Source of the DNA: an uncultured cyanobacterium
GTDB taxonomy: Bacteria > Cyanobacteriota > Cyanobacteriia > Cyanobacteriales > CAWUOF01
Assembly (NCBI GenBank): GCA_963744145.1
Contig: CAVUSO010000001.1
Location: 4,768,001 to 4,832,000 of the forward strand
DNA: 64,000 nucleotides
Reading direction: 5' to 3'
Shown here: piece after piece, positions 21,930-33,199 of the stretch
Layout: the number at the start of each line of letters is the position of its first letter
Numbering within the stretch: the first letter of the stretch is position 1
Position numbers and translations under genes: made by a program
Notes under the pieces: generated by a model
Database searches by the model: none
Told to the model about the DNA's origin: nothing
Seen by the model: only the letters and a program-made list of their open reading frames with translations

Positions 21930-22139
21930 ATGAAAGTTAATCTACCCAAGGAACAACAAGTGATCCAAGAAGCCCTGCAAATTCTCTATGCTCACATGAC
22001 CCCACTCAAAGTCGCCCGCTTTATCACCGCTTGTCAGCTAGGCGAAGGAGACTATCTCCAAACCAAAGACGAACTGTTTGTTGATGAAACTGTAGATAGT
22101 TTGTGTGACAAGATTAAAGCCTTTAAGCAAAGTAAATAG
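21930..22139 (+). CDS. Small hypothetical protein (antitoxin-like)
   Basis: GGAG RBS; EALQIL...KVARFI...G.GDY pattern. Confidence 0.6.
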   Translation: MKVNLPKEQQVIQEALQILYAHMTPLKVARFITACQLGEGDYLQTKDELFVDETVDSLCDKIKAFKQSK

Positions 22140-22712
22140 ACGGTGATCGCCATTTTAATATTTCGCCTAGTTCTCCGCCCAGATTCTCCAAAATATTCTT
22201 AACCGAACCGTATTGGGGGCGATCGCGCTTTAAGTCTACAGTCCAAAAAACTTTCTGATTATGGGAATGATTTCTTGACAATCCTGAGCCACTGGTGTGT
22301 TAGCAGGTAATCTCCCCACAATCCCATTCAAGAAAATAATCACGTCATCAGCTAGATTTTTATTGTCCTGATTACTAGGGTTTTCTATTGCCATAGTTAG
22401 TCCTTCTAGCTCTTTCAGTCCCCAAGTTTTGTATTTATCTAATAAGTAATTATTCTCAAAGTCAAATCAGAGCAGAATATTAGGTGCGATCGCTATTCCA
22501 AAATGCCCTCTGTCTTGGTTTTGTCCAGGATGGCGATCGTGCTTAATTTTTCCTTCCATAATATTGGTTCAACTTAGAATCACTGCTCAAAACTAAGGTC
22601 AATACTCCGGACAGTTTTTTTCGGTAGTCCATGTTTTCATGGTGCAGGTGATGGTAAAATGGGCTGACAACTGGTTCCAGTGGTGAAAGGCAAAAGTAAA
22701 AAGGTAAAAATT

Positions 22713-22940
22713 ATGCACCAAGTCACATTACAAGATGCAGAAAAGCACTTAGCCAATCTCCTCGAAGAAGCTAACAGAGGTGAAGAAGTGATCGTCGTTA
22801 ATGACGAGGGCACATTATTTAAAATAATTGCGATCGGTAAAACTGTGCCAATCCCAAAATTTGGTAGCGCCAAAGGCTTAATCAAAATGTCCGATGACTT
22901 TGACGAACCATTAGAAGATTTTGCGAAGTATGCACCATGA
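22713..22940 (+). CDS. Phd/YefM-like antitoxin (DUF2281-type C-terminus)
   Basis: MHQVTLQDAEKHLANLLEEA..GEEVIV; FGSAKGLIKMSDDFDEPLEDF; overlaps the toxin start (ATGA). Confidence 0.85.
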   Translation: MHQVTLQDAEKHLANLLEEANRGEEVIVVNDEGTLFKIIAIGKTVPIPKFGSAKGLIKMSDDFDEPLEDFAKYAP

Positions 22941-23323
22941 AGTTTCTCCTTGATACCCACGCCTTTTTATGGTTTATTGATGGCAATCAAAATCTAAGTA
23001 TTACCGCCAAAAATGCGATCGAGGCACCAACTAATCAACGATATTTGAGCATTGCTAGTCTCTGGGAGATTGCCATCAAAGTTAGCATTGGCAAACTAGA
23101 GATTGGGATGACCCTCACAGAATTGGTGAAACGTGAGGTTTACGGAAACGCGATCAATTTGCTAGAGATACATTCCGAGCATCTAGATACCCTAACCGCT
23201 TTACCTTTCCATCACAAAGACCCATTTGATCGCCTTATACTTTCTCAAGGATTATCCGAAAATATTGCCATAATCACCAAAGATAGTTTATTTGCCAACT
23301 ACCCCGTAAACCTAATATGGTAA
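22937..23323 (+). CDS. PIN-domain VapC toxin
   Basis: LLDTHAFLW, SIASLWEIAIK, HHKDPFDRLI. Confidence 0.92.
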   Translation: MKFLLDTHAFLWFIDGNQNLSITAKNAIEAPTNQRYLSIASLWEIAIKVSIGKLEIGMTLTELVKREVYGNAINLLEIHSEHLDTLTALPFHHKDPFDRLILSQGLSENIAIITKDSLFANYPVNLIW

Positions 23324-23403
23324 TTGGCAAATAAATTCTCTGTAAATCTAGTTATTTCGGCTACTGCTCACAACGCTTCACCCATGCGACCTATCTCCTG
23401 GCC

Positions 23404-23474
23404 GATTTGCAAGTATTTGCATCTTATTTAGAAGAGAAATAGCAAGAATTGAGAATCTAGAGAATGGCGATCGC
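23404..23474 (+). repeat. 71-bp direct repeat, copy 2
   Basis: Duplicates the 3' end of ORF 21466-21816 plus downstream sequence through HIP1. Confidence 0.9.
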
Positions 23475-23750
23475 GTCTCCCACCCAGATATTATTCTCTG
23501 CTGAAGGTTTGAAATTTTTCAGAACTTGCTGATATTTGGCTGTTTGGTTTAAGTTCCAAATAAAACACTATATGAAGATGAAGTTTTATTACCAAATTGG
23601 GTAGTGCCAAAAATGTAGTTCTATTACTGCATCTGTTGGGAAATTCTGCGGGGCGATCGCGGAAAATTAACGCCTGTTGGCAATGCTTCGATAACCGTTC
23701 AACTCTTCAACTAGATCAGAGCGTCTTACAGGTTTACCTGTAGATACAAC

Positions 23751-25207
23751 CAGGGTAAGAGCATCTCAATTAGGCTTGACACAAGGATTAAGAAGGATCT
23801 AATGTAGACTCAGAGAAACAAGAAAGGAGGATTTGGAGCATATAATTATTATCCATAGCAGCGCGTTTACTTTTCTGGCGTAAACTGCGTTTGTAAGTTG
23901 ACTCGCGATTAAGAGCGTTGAGAGCTAATCGTCTGAGCAGAGAAAAGTTACGAGGACTGTGAAAAGAACGAATGCGACAGCTATCTTCAAAAAAAGTACA
24001 ATCTAAAGTCCAGTGTGCAGAATTTTCGATTTCCCAATGTTGACGAATAGCTCGACCTATGAATTCAGCATTGTTGTCTAAAGAAGTAAGATAGTATTGA
24101 GTCTCGCAAGTAGTTTTGTTCCAAAGATGACGGATACGATGAATGATGACAATACTTTTTAAACCTGCCCATAATTTGGGTTGGTAAAGGTCAGGAATGG
24201 CCGTAATAGGGAACACCCAAACTTCACGAATTTCCACCCGATGATGCCCTTTCTCAATCCGTTTGTCATGAGTGAAATCAATTCCTGAAAAATTATTTTT
24301 CTGTGCAGTTTGGAAGAATTGTTGTACCTGATTATGTAAAGTTGGATGATTGGCTTTAAGTGTCAGAATATAATCAGCTTTTTTATCAATAATCTTTTGA
24401 GCAATTTCGGTTTGGGTCCCCATCGCATCAATAGTAATAATTGAGCCAGCGATATCAAGTAACTCTAGTAATGCTGGAATAGCTGTAATTTCATTGGATT
24501 TATCTTGGACTTTCATTTGTGCTAAAACTAATCGTTGTTCACTAGCCCACGCACTAATCAAATGTAATGCTGATTGTCCTTGATTTCGGTCATAGGAACC
24601 TCTGACAGTCTTCCCATCTATGGCAATTACTTCTCCTCCCATTTGAGTAACTAAGGTGTTTACCCAAGCTTGAAAACATTGCTCCAATTGGTTGGGGTTA
24701 ATACTTTCAAATACTCGACGAAAGGTATCATCTGAGGGAATACCATTGGGTAATTCTAAAAACTCTTCTAGCCAAATTTGTTTACTAATCCCATAATTCT
24801 CAATGTCTTCCCAGCCTTGTGCTCCAGCTATTATGGCCAGAATTGCCATCACTAAAATGTCTATCAATAAGTGTTTTTTTGTTCGGTTTACTCTCGGGTC
24901 TTCAACATCTTCAAAATGCTTGACTAAACTCTGTTGTATTTCCATCAAGTCAGCTACTACTTGGTTTTTCCTAGCAGAATGGGAGTTTTGTTTAGCATTA
25001 GCTATATTGATATCGAACCCTTGAGACATTTGAATATTCCTGGAGATTATGAGTTGGACGGTATAGTTTTTCACCTACCACTCTCTATGCTCTTTTGTCA
25101 ACTATTTTCTCTACCAGATTTGTGATGTTCTGATCTCGATGGCTATATTTCATATTTGATGAAAATATTCTGTATCCTCGGTGACAAAATTAGATGCGCT
25201 AACCCTG
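23751..25207 (-). mobile_element. ISAs1-family insertion sequence
   Basis: TIRs cagggtaagagcatct / agatgcgctaaccctg (14/16); 10-bp target duplication tagatacaac at 23741-23750 and 25208-25217. Confidence 0.95.
23788..25074 (-). CDS. ISAs1-family DDE transposase
   Basis: DPR, GIPSDDTFRRVF, IAIDGKT, KSNEITAIP, IDAMGTQ, R.HW.IEN..HW.LD..F.ED. Confidence 0.95.
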   Translation of the reverse strand: MKNYTVQLIISRNIQMSQGFDINIANAKQNSHSARKNQVVADLMEIQQSLVKHFEDVEDPRVNRTKKHLLIDILVMAILAIIAGAQGWEDIENYGISKQIWLEEFLELPNGIPSDDTFRRVFESINPNQLEQCFQAWVNTLVTQMGGEVIAIDGKTVRGSYDRNQGQSALHLISAWASEQRLVLAQMKVQDKSNEITAIPALLELLDIAGSIITIDAMGTQTEIAQKIIDKKADYILTLKANHPTLHNQVQQFFQTAQKNNFSGIDFTHDKRIEKGHHRVEIREVWVFPITAIPDLYQPKLWAGLKSIVIIHRIRHLWNKTTCETQYYLTSLDNNAEFIGRAIRQHWEIENSAHWTLDCTFFEDSCRIRSFHSPRNFSLLRRLALNALNRESTYKRSLRQKSKRAAMDNNYMLQILLSCFSESTLDPS

Positions 25208-26456
25208 TAGATACAACTTGCTCAACAATATCAGCAGCTCGACTAACTCCCCCGGCTTTGTTAATTGCCTTTTGTAACCTGAGCGCGTTCTGTTGATACT
25301 TTTCTTCTGTTAGTACCTTTTGAATAGCAGTTCTCAGTCTAGAAACATTTAACTTCTTGAGAGTTACAGCTTCACCACATCCCGACCAAACTATACGTGC
25401 CGCTACTCCTGGTTGGTCATTAGTGATAGGAATTGCCACCATTGGCACTCCCTTTGTTAAGGATTCTAATGTGGTATTCATCCCTGCATGGGTAATCGTA
25501 AGCGTTGTTTTTTCTAGTAATTCCAGTTGGGGTGCATAACCAACCACCAGAGGATGTCCGGGTAATCCTTGTAGAACTTCAGGACTTGCAGAACCACCCA
25601 AAGAAATCACCAATTGCACATCTAACTTGTTACAAGCTTCTGCAATACAGTGAAAAATTTCTAATAGTCGATTTTGGATAGTTCCCATCGAGGCATAAAT
25701 TAGCGGTTGTCCAGTCAACTTTTCAAACGGGAAAGGTGTTGGTTCTCGACTGGCAGGATTATTGTAAGCTCCAGTGAAGTGGAAGCAATCAGGCAAATTC
25801 TCTCTAGGAAATTCCAATTCCGCAGGTTGTTGACTTAGTTGTGCTAGTCGGGAGTAGTAGTCGTTAGGGCTAAAGTGTGGTGGTAAATTCCATTGGCGAC
25901 GGTACTCGTTAATCACTTTGCGGATTGGTTTGCTAACTTGGTTTAATAGTTTGTCACCAGCCCAATTGCGTACCTTTGCCCATGTTGCTGGACTATAACT
26001 CCAAGAGGTATTAAAAGGAGGAACACTGACATCCCGATTAATCATTAAGGCACAAGCACAGCTAACAAAGGGAATACCGAGTAATTCCGCAACGCTTCCT
26101 CCCTCTGGTGAAATTTGGTCCACTATGAGCGCATCTACTCCTGCTTGTTTTACTAATGTCGGCAGTTCGCGCAGATTCACTTGTGTGCTTTGCTGTATGG
26201 TATTAACCGTATATTGCAATGCTGCGAATCCACTTAATTTTCCCAGTTGGGTAAACATCTGTTTCATAAGCCCTGAAGGAAAATCAGACTCACCAACTGC
26301 CCGAAATTGTAATCCTGCGGCTAGTGCTTTTGATTGAGCATCAAGTAATCCAAATAAGGTAACTCGATGACCCCGTTTTTGCAACTCATACCCCAAGGTG
26401 GTCATCGGGTTGAGGTGGCCGGATGCCGCTGGACAGATTAGCCCATAGTGAGTCAT
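25143..26456 (-). CDS. GT1/MGT-family UDP-glycosyltransferase; C-terminus replaced by IS sequence
   Basis: GHLNPM, YASMGT, APQLELL..ITHAGMNTTLESL..GVPMVAIP..NDQPGVA; last ~20 codons read into the IS. Confidence 0.9.
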   Translation of the reverse strand: MTHYGLICPAASGHLNPMTTLGYELQKRGHRVTLFGLLDAQSKALAAGLQFRAVGESDFPSGLMKQMFTQLGKLSGFAALQYTVNTIQQSTQVNLRELPTLVKQAGVDALIVDQISPEGGSVAELLGIPFVSCACALMINRDVSVPPFNTSWSYSPATWAKVRNWAGDKLLNQVSKPIRKVINEYRRQWNLPPHFSPNDYYSRLAQLSQQPAELEFPRENLPDCFHFTGAYNNPASREPTPFPFEKLTGQPLIYASMGTIQNRLLEIFHCIAEACNKLDVQLVISLGGSASPEVLQGLPGHPLVVGYAPQLELLEKTTLTITHAGMNTTLESLTKGVPMVAIPITNDQPGVAARIVWSGCGEAVTLKKLNVSRLRTAIQKVLTEEKYQQNALRLQKAINKAGGVSRAADIVEQVVSTGLAHLILSPRIQNIFIKYEI

Positions 26457-26558
26457 TGTCTCTGGTTAATTATAAGGTTGCTGTAGTTTATACCACAGGC
26501 TGTCACCAGCCGCTTGTAAACAGTTACAATAGTAGATTAATGTTCTTCAATCACGATC

Positions 26559-26834
26559 ATGAGTGAAGTGAGTGAAGGACACAGAGAGCGAGTGCTTGGT
26601 TTGGTATACAAAGGTGAAATCTTTGAGTTGATGGTACAGCACCCTATCGTAGTAGAAATAACCGAAGCTATTGTGGGTTCAGACATGACCCTCGGCGGTT
26701 TCTCTGCTCATATCCTCCATCCGGGCGCAACAAATATGGTCTCCAAAAAATTTATTATTCTTCATAAAAATCCCACTGACCTCTTAAAAACCGGGATATC
26801 ATCGAATTTCCGTCATGATCAACTCGATTTTTAG
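26559..26834 (+). pseudogene. Probable truncated phytanoyl-CoA dioxygenase (PhyH)-like fragment
   Basis: RV.GLVYKGEIFE.MVQHP...LGGFSAHILHPGA; similarity is lost before the HxD motif. Confidence 0.5.
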
Positions 26835-27253
26835 ACCAACCGATCAAACTCCTCAATCGAGTTAGTCATGTAAACACCAATCCCATTGACATCCGGGATC
26901 AGCGCTTCACCCATCCTCATCACCATCATGCCAGTTTGCTCGAACCAGAATTTGCCGATCGGGGAATGAAGAGATTAGTTTGTCTTTTGTACCAATTTTT
27001 AGATAATCTGAAACATAAAACTTGAATTTAAGGCAAAAAACCGATTAATAGAGCTTAAAATCGGGAAAATAGGGATAAATAAGCTTTAAAATCTTTTTTA
27101 ATTCCATTTAAGCCCTATAATAGTTTCAGTAGCTCTTTACCTAAACCAGAAACTTGCTCAATAATGCAAGACAACAAGTCAAAAGTTAGCTCGCCAAGAC
27201 AGCCAAAGCTGGGATTTTAACAAGCAACTTCTAAACAAGAGGAGACTGAGAAA

Positions 27254-28117
27254 GTGAAACTAGCAGTTTATGGAAAAGGTGGCATTGGTAAATCTACAAC
27301 CAGCTGTAATATCTCCGTTGCTTTAGCCAAACGGGGCAAAAAAGTATTGCAAATTGGCTGCGATCCGAAGCACGACAGCACATTTACCCTCACCGGTTTT
27401 TTAATTCCGACCATCATAGACACCCTCCAAGCCAAGGACTATCACTACGAAGATGTTTGGCCAGAAGATGTGATTTACAAAGGTTATGGTGGAGTAGACT
27501 GCGTAGAAGCTGGAGGACCGCCCGCTGGTGCTGGTTGTGGTGGCTATGTAGTGGGTGAAACAGTAAAACTGCTCAAAGAACTCAACGCTTTTGATGAATA
27601 CGACATCATTCTCTTTGATGTCTTAGGAGACGTAGTTTGTGGCGGTTTTGCCGCACCATTGAACTATGCTGATTACTGCTTAATTGTCACCGACAACGGC
27701 TTTGATGCTCTATTTGCGGCTAACCGAATTGCTGCTTCCGTCCGCGAAAAAGCTCGCACCCATCCCCTGCGGTTAGCCGGATTAATCGGCAATCGGACCT
27801 CAAAGCGGGATCTGATCGAAAAATATGTGGAAGCAGTACCGATGCCCATTTTGGAAGTCCTGCCCCTGATTGAAGATATTCGTGTTTCTCGGGTGAAAGG
27901 AAAAACCTTGTTTGAAATGGCAGAAAAAGATCCGATGCTTAACTACGTCTGTGATTACTATCTCAGCATTGCTGATCAAATTTTGGCCTTACCAGAAGGT
28001 GTTGTGCCTAAAGATGCTCCCGATCGCGAATTATTCTCACTTTTGTCTGACTTCTACCTCAATCCAAATCAGCCAGAAATTAAGACTGAACCAGTATTGG
28101 ACTTAATGATGGTTTAA
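27254..28117 (+). CDS. chlL: Dark-operative protochlorophyllide reductase iron-sulfur ATP-binding subunit
   Basis: [42 protein letters not shown]. Confidence 0.98.
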   Translation: MKLAVYGKGGIGKSTTSCNISVALAKRGKKVLQIGCDPKHDSTFTLTGFLIPTIIDTLQAKDYHYEDVWPEDVIYKGYGGVDCVEAGGPPAGAGCGGYVVGETVKLLKELNAFDEYDIILFDVLGDVVCGGFAAPLNYADYCLIVTDNGFDALFAANRIAASVREKARTHPLRLAGLIGNRTSKRDLIEKYVEAVPMPILEVLPLIEDIRVSRVKGKTLFEMAEKDPMLNYVCDYYLSIADQILALPEGVVPKDAPDRELFSLLSDFYLNPNQPEIKTEPVLDLMMV

Positions 28118-28233
28118 ACCAAGTATTTTCCAGGGTGAAGGGAATTGCTAATTGGCAGTATGATTCACTACGAGACTGCGGGTCAAATAAAACAGAATCA
28201 TAATGTAATTCAGCAAGACAGGGTCTAAAAATT

Positions 28234-29730
28234 ATGGCTTTTTTTGAAGACTTCACGTCCACTCTCCGACAAAAATGGCTGCAATACTTCCAAGCCAACC
28301 GTGATTGGTTGATTTTGCAAATGAAAGTTTCAGCCGTAAAAACCCCGGATGGTGGCCAGCGTCCTTCTTCCTATTTCATTCTGGGAATCATTAATGCCCT
28401 GGAACCAAAGCTAGCGCAATTAATGTTGCCCTTTTATCGGCTCAATCCAGATGCAGAGACTCTATTAGAGGTTTTGAATCTGAATTTTGATCCGGATTTA
28501 GCCCTAGGTAATCACACCGAAACGCAACCAGCAGCTATTTCTGGAAGTCCAGAAGATATAAATCTCCTAGGAGAAACTCCTGCTTCAACTCCAGTCAAGG
28601 AGGAAGCGAATCTGTTGGGGGAGACTTCTCCCCCAAGTCCAGCTAAAGAGGAATCTCATCCTCCTGCATCTGCACCTCCTACCCCTGAAACTTCATCAGT
28701 AGAACATGAATCAGCTGAAAAAACTTCATCAGGTGGGTTGGGAATAGCAGCAGTAGCTGGATTGGGGGCAGTAGCAGCCGTTGGGTTGGGAATAGCAGCA
28801 ACAGCAGCTTTACATCAGCAATCTACCCCTGAAGAGGTGCCAACACCAACTTCAGAAGTACCACCAGATGACTCTGCTCTATTAGGTCTAGACACGACTG
28901 AAACTCACGATGAAGCCGATTTAGGTGGTTTAGGTCTAGACACGACTGAAACTCACGATGAAGTCGATTTAGGTGGTTTAGGTCTAGACACGACTGAAAC
29001 TCACGATGAAGTCGATTTAGGTGGTTTAGGTCTAGACACGACTGAAACTCACGATGAAGTCGATTTAGGTGGTTTAGGTCTAGATCCGACTGAAACTCAC
29101 GATGAAGTCGATTTAGGTGGTTTAGGTCTAGACACGACTGAAACTCACGATGAAGTCGATTTAGGTGGTTTAGGTCTAGACACGACTGAAACTCACGATG
29201 AAGTCGATTTAGGTGGTTTAGGTCTAGACACGACTGAAACTCACGATGAAGTCGATTTAGGTGGTTTAGGTCTAGACACGACTGAAACTCACGATGAAGT
29301 CGATTTAGGTGGTTTAGGTCTAGATCCCGCTGATGATCTTGGCTTAGAGCAAGATGATTTAGGCTTAGAAACTCCGGAAGGACTGATGAGCTTTGATCCG
29401 GTTGATTTAGCAGTCGGATTGCCAGATGACCTCGAGTCAAATTCGATCGCGATCGATGATACGAGTAGTTCCCTGGATGATCCTTGGGCAGAAGAAAATG
29501 ATGTGCTGGATGAAAGCACTCATAATGCCCTAGATGAAGCCGCTGCTATGATGGATGATTTGGGTGAATTATCTACTGATCCTTTTGGTGGCGAAGATCC
29601 TTTTGGTGGCGAAGTATCCTTAGATTCTGACGATCTATATACTTTTGATGAACTAACAGGTGATGAGCCCAAATCTGATGATGATGATGATCTATCCAGC
29701 TTATTATCATTACCAGACTTTGATTCATAA
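28234..29730 (+). CDS. DUF5331-domain protein with a hydrophobic helix and a long acidic repeat tail
   Basis: LRQKWLQYFQANR...RPSSYFILG...LEP.L...LNFDPD; located between chlL and chlN. Confidence 0.8.
   Translation: MAFFEDFTSTLRQKWLQYFQANRDWLILQMKVSAVKTPDGGQRPSSYFILGIINALEPKLAQLMLPFYRLNPDAETLLEVLNLNFDPDLALGNHTETQPAAISGSPEDINLLGETPASTPVKEEANLLGETSPPSPAKEESHPPASAPPTPETSSVEHESAEKTSSGGLGIAAVAGLGAVAAVGLGIAATAALHQQSTPEEVPTPTSEVPPDDSALLGLDTTETHDEADLGGLGLDTTETHDEVDLGGLGLDTTETHDEVDLGGLGLDTTETHDEVDLGGLGLDPTETHDEVDLGGLGLDTTETHDEVDLGGLGLDTTETHDEVDLGGLGLDTTETHDEVDLGGLGLDTTETHDEVDLGGLGLDPADDLGLEQDDLGLETPEGLMSFDPVDLAVGLPDDLESNSIAIDDTSSSLDDPWAEENDVLDESTHNALDEAAAMMDDLGELSTDPFGGEDPFGGEVSLDSDDLYTFDELTGDEPKSDDDDDLSSLLSLPDFDS
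28882..29328 (+). repeat. Coding tandem repeat, 48-bp unit x9 plus a partial copy (LGLDTTETHDEVDLGG)
   Basis: ttaggtctagacacgactgaaactcacgatgaagtcgatttaggtggt at 48-bp period. Confidence 0.95.
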
Positions 29731-29874
29731 CATCTTGCTTTTGATGGTAATTATTACGATCAGCGGCAGGATAAAAAAAGGGGAAGAACGGTAATAAATT
29801 GTTAATAGCTATGAACTGATAGCGAAAACGCGATCGCCCCTGCTACATCTGGACAACTTAGTGGGATTACTCGT

Positions 29875-30282
29875 GTGAATATCGATCACCTCCGTCAATC
29901 TTTGAAGGCCAAGTGGTTAACCTACTATCGAGACAATCGTCGGTGGCTAGCACACCTCAAAGTTTGGGTAATCTGTGACGGACAGCGTCGTCCTTCTTCT
30001 AGTTTCGTTTTAGCTACCCTCTCAATTTTGGAACCCCGTTTAAGTCGGCTCTTACCTTTAATTGTTGACTTAAACAATCATCCAGATCGGATTGTCTCCT
30101 CTTTAGGTCTCAATTTTAATCCAGAGGAAGAACTGGCTTTACTTCCTAAGCCACGGGTAACTGCTGATGACCATCACTCTGTAAAAATGCTTCCTGCTAG
30201 CAGAGATGATCACAAATCTAAACGTCTTCCGGCGGACCGAGATGATGAATCTTGCCGCGGAGCGCGACCGTATCACGAGTAA
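29875..30282 (+). CDS. DUF5331-domain protein
   Basis: LK.KWL.YYRDNR.W...[15 protein letters not shown]...LGLNFNP; paralogous to the N-terminus of 28234-29730. Confidence 0.8.
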   Translation: MNIDHLRQSLKAKWLTYYRDNRRWLAHLKVWVICDGQRRPSSSFVLATLSILEPRLSRLLPLIVDLNNHPDRIVSSLGLNFNPEEELALLPKPRVTADDHHSVKMLPASRDDHKSKRLPADRDDESCRGARPYHE

Positions 30283-30393
30283 AAAAGTGGGAAGCAGTAG
30301 GGGCGCAAAATTTTGCCCCTACATCAATAATTCATGGAACTAAATATCCCAGAAATTGCATTTTTTCCATTAGCGAGAAGAGGAGAAAAATAG

Positions 30394-31800
<1,407 letters not shown>

Positions 31801-31853
31801 TAGGTTATGGTAGAACTGGGTAGGTGCGATCGCACTTACTCAGTTAATTGATT

Positions 31854-32033
31854 GAGATATCGGCACAGCAAAAGAAGGGTTTACCCTGAGTTTACCCTGA
31901 GCGTAGTCGAAGTTTACCCTGAGCGTAGTCGAAGGGGGCGTAGTCGAAGGGTGAAGCATTCGGATATAATATTACTGGTTTGATCATTCAATTATCGCCC
32001 GAATGCTTCACCCCTACAACGGAACGGTATTGG
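31854..32033. repeat. Composite REP/MITE-like element with nested ccctgagcgtagtcgaag units
   Basis: 55-nt core 31953-32007 identical to 39633-39687; hairpin gaagcattcgg...ccgaatgcttc. Confidence 0.8.
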
Positions 32034-32097
32034 CTGATGGCGTTGGTGATTTACGGTATGAATAAATAATTTGTAGGGGCGTATTGCTTTTGCGCCC

Positions 32098-33081
32098 CTA
32101 CAGGATTTTCATACCCTGATTAAGCAACGCCTGGCTGATAATATGTTGGTAATTTGCATAGGATTGTTGTAATTCATCAGCAATTTGCTTGGCTAACCAG
32201 ACTGGTTCTAAAATATGAGCATTTGCCCCATATTTTAAAAGTCTTTGTCGAAACCAAAATAAACAATCTTCTTCTGTTTCAATATCTACAAATCTATTTT
32301 CTTGATTACGTTCAATCACTACTTCATGGACTCGACGCGGTTGGTAATTTTTGAGATATCCTGTCATTCGATAACGAATTTTTAAAGTCGGGATATTAAA
32401 CATATACCAAGGAGTTTTAGAAGATGGAAATACATATTTAATTCGATCAATCCGAAATAATCGATTTTGCTCAACTTGATGATGATCAAAACGCTGAGTT
32501 GAGACAAAAGCAAATAAATAAAGGGTTCCATCATGATAACGGAGTTCAGAATTTCCCAAATCCCAGTTATCTGTTATTCCTTGACTGTTACAATAACGAA
32601 TTACATAAAAACATCGTTCTTGACATCTTTTTTGTAATTCATAGATGAGATTAGATAATTTCTCATTACTATAGTCCGTTGGGGGACTAAAATCGGATTT
32701 AAGTTCGGAAATATAAGCGGAATTACTAACGTCAGTAATTTTTAAAATTTGGGTTGCTTGAGCGCTAAACCCCAGATCTGATAGTAACTGAGCTGCGATC
32801 GCTAAAGCTTGTTTTTGTTCTATTGAGAGAATAACAGGAAAATTTGTCTCTAGTAACTCATAAGGACGATTAGGGGCACTTTTAATTTCAAAACCGCAAT
32901 CTTTCAGTTTACGGATAGTACGAGTGAGTTTTTGAGATACGTCTTCCGTAGTTTTACCGTGTTTTTCTAGGAAAACATTAAGCAAATCCGTTAAATCCTG
33001 TCGGTAGTAGGACTTTTCAGCTAAAAGCTTCAGGATTTCTAGGGCAAAAGCAATTTGATTATAACTGCTATTGGTTGACAT
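32098..33081 (-). CDS. WYL-domain transcriptional regulator of the type I-D locus
   Basis: N-terminal HTH, LYLFA and FRIDRI WYL motifs, RLLKYGA..ILEP WCX; divergent from cas3. Confidence 0.88.
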   Translation of the reverse strand: MSTNSSYNQIAFALEILKLLAEKSYYRQDLTDLLNVFLEKHGKTTEDVSQKLTRTIRKLKDCGFEIKSAPNRPYELLETNFPVILSIEQKQALAIAAQLLSDLGFSAQATQILKITDVSNSAYISELKSDFSPPTDYSNEKLSNLIYELQKRCQERCFYVIRYCNSQGITDNWDLGNSELRYHDGTLYLFAFVSTQRFDHHQVEQNRLFRIDRIKYVFPSSKTPWYMFNIPTLKIRYRMTGYLKNYQPRRVHEVVIERNQENRFVDIETEEDCLFWFRQRLLKYGANAHILEPVWLAKQIADELQQSYANYQHIISQALLNQGMKIL

Positions 33082-33199
33082 CTAAGTAAAAAGTAGCTCT
33101 ACCTCTCCAATTTTAGATGTAGTCATTTTTTGATAACAACGTTTTTTTGAGGGGGTATAGGCTAATTACAGTTGATTTTGCTCCTTTGCTTAAATAGTC

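Noticed and set aside
27254..28117. nifH (nitrogenase reductase), given modA in the window
   Set aside because: The [12 protein letters not shown] signature and linkage to chlN identify it as chlL
28882..29328. 48-bp repeat as a second CRISPR array
   Set aside because: Units are contiguous with no variable spacers and are in frame in a protein
28823..29519. Antisense ORFs with LNHLNRLHREFQSCLD repeats
   Set aside because: Shadow of the 48-bp coding repeat on the + strand
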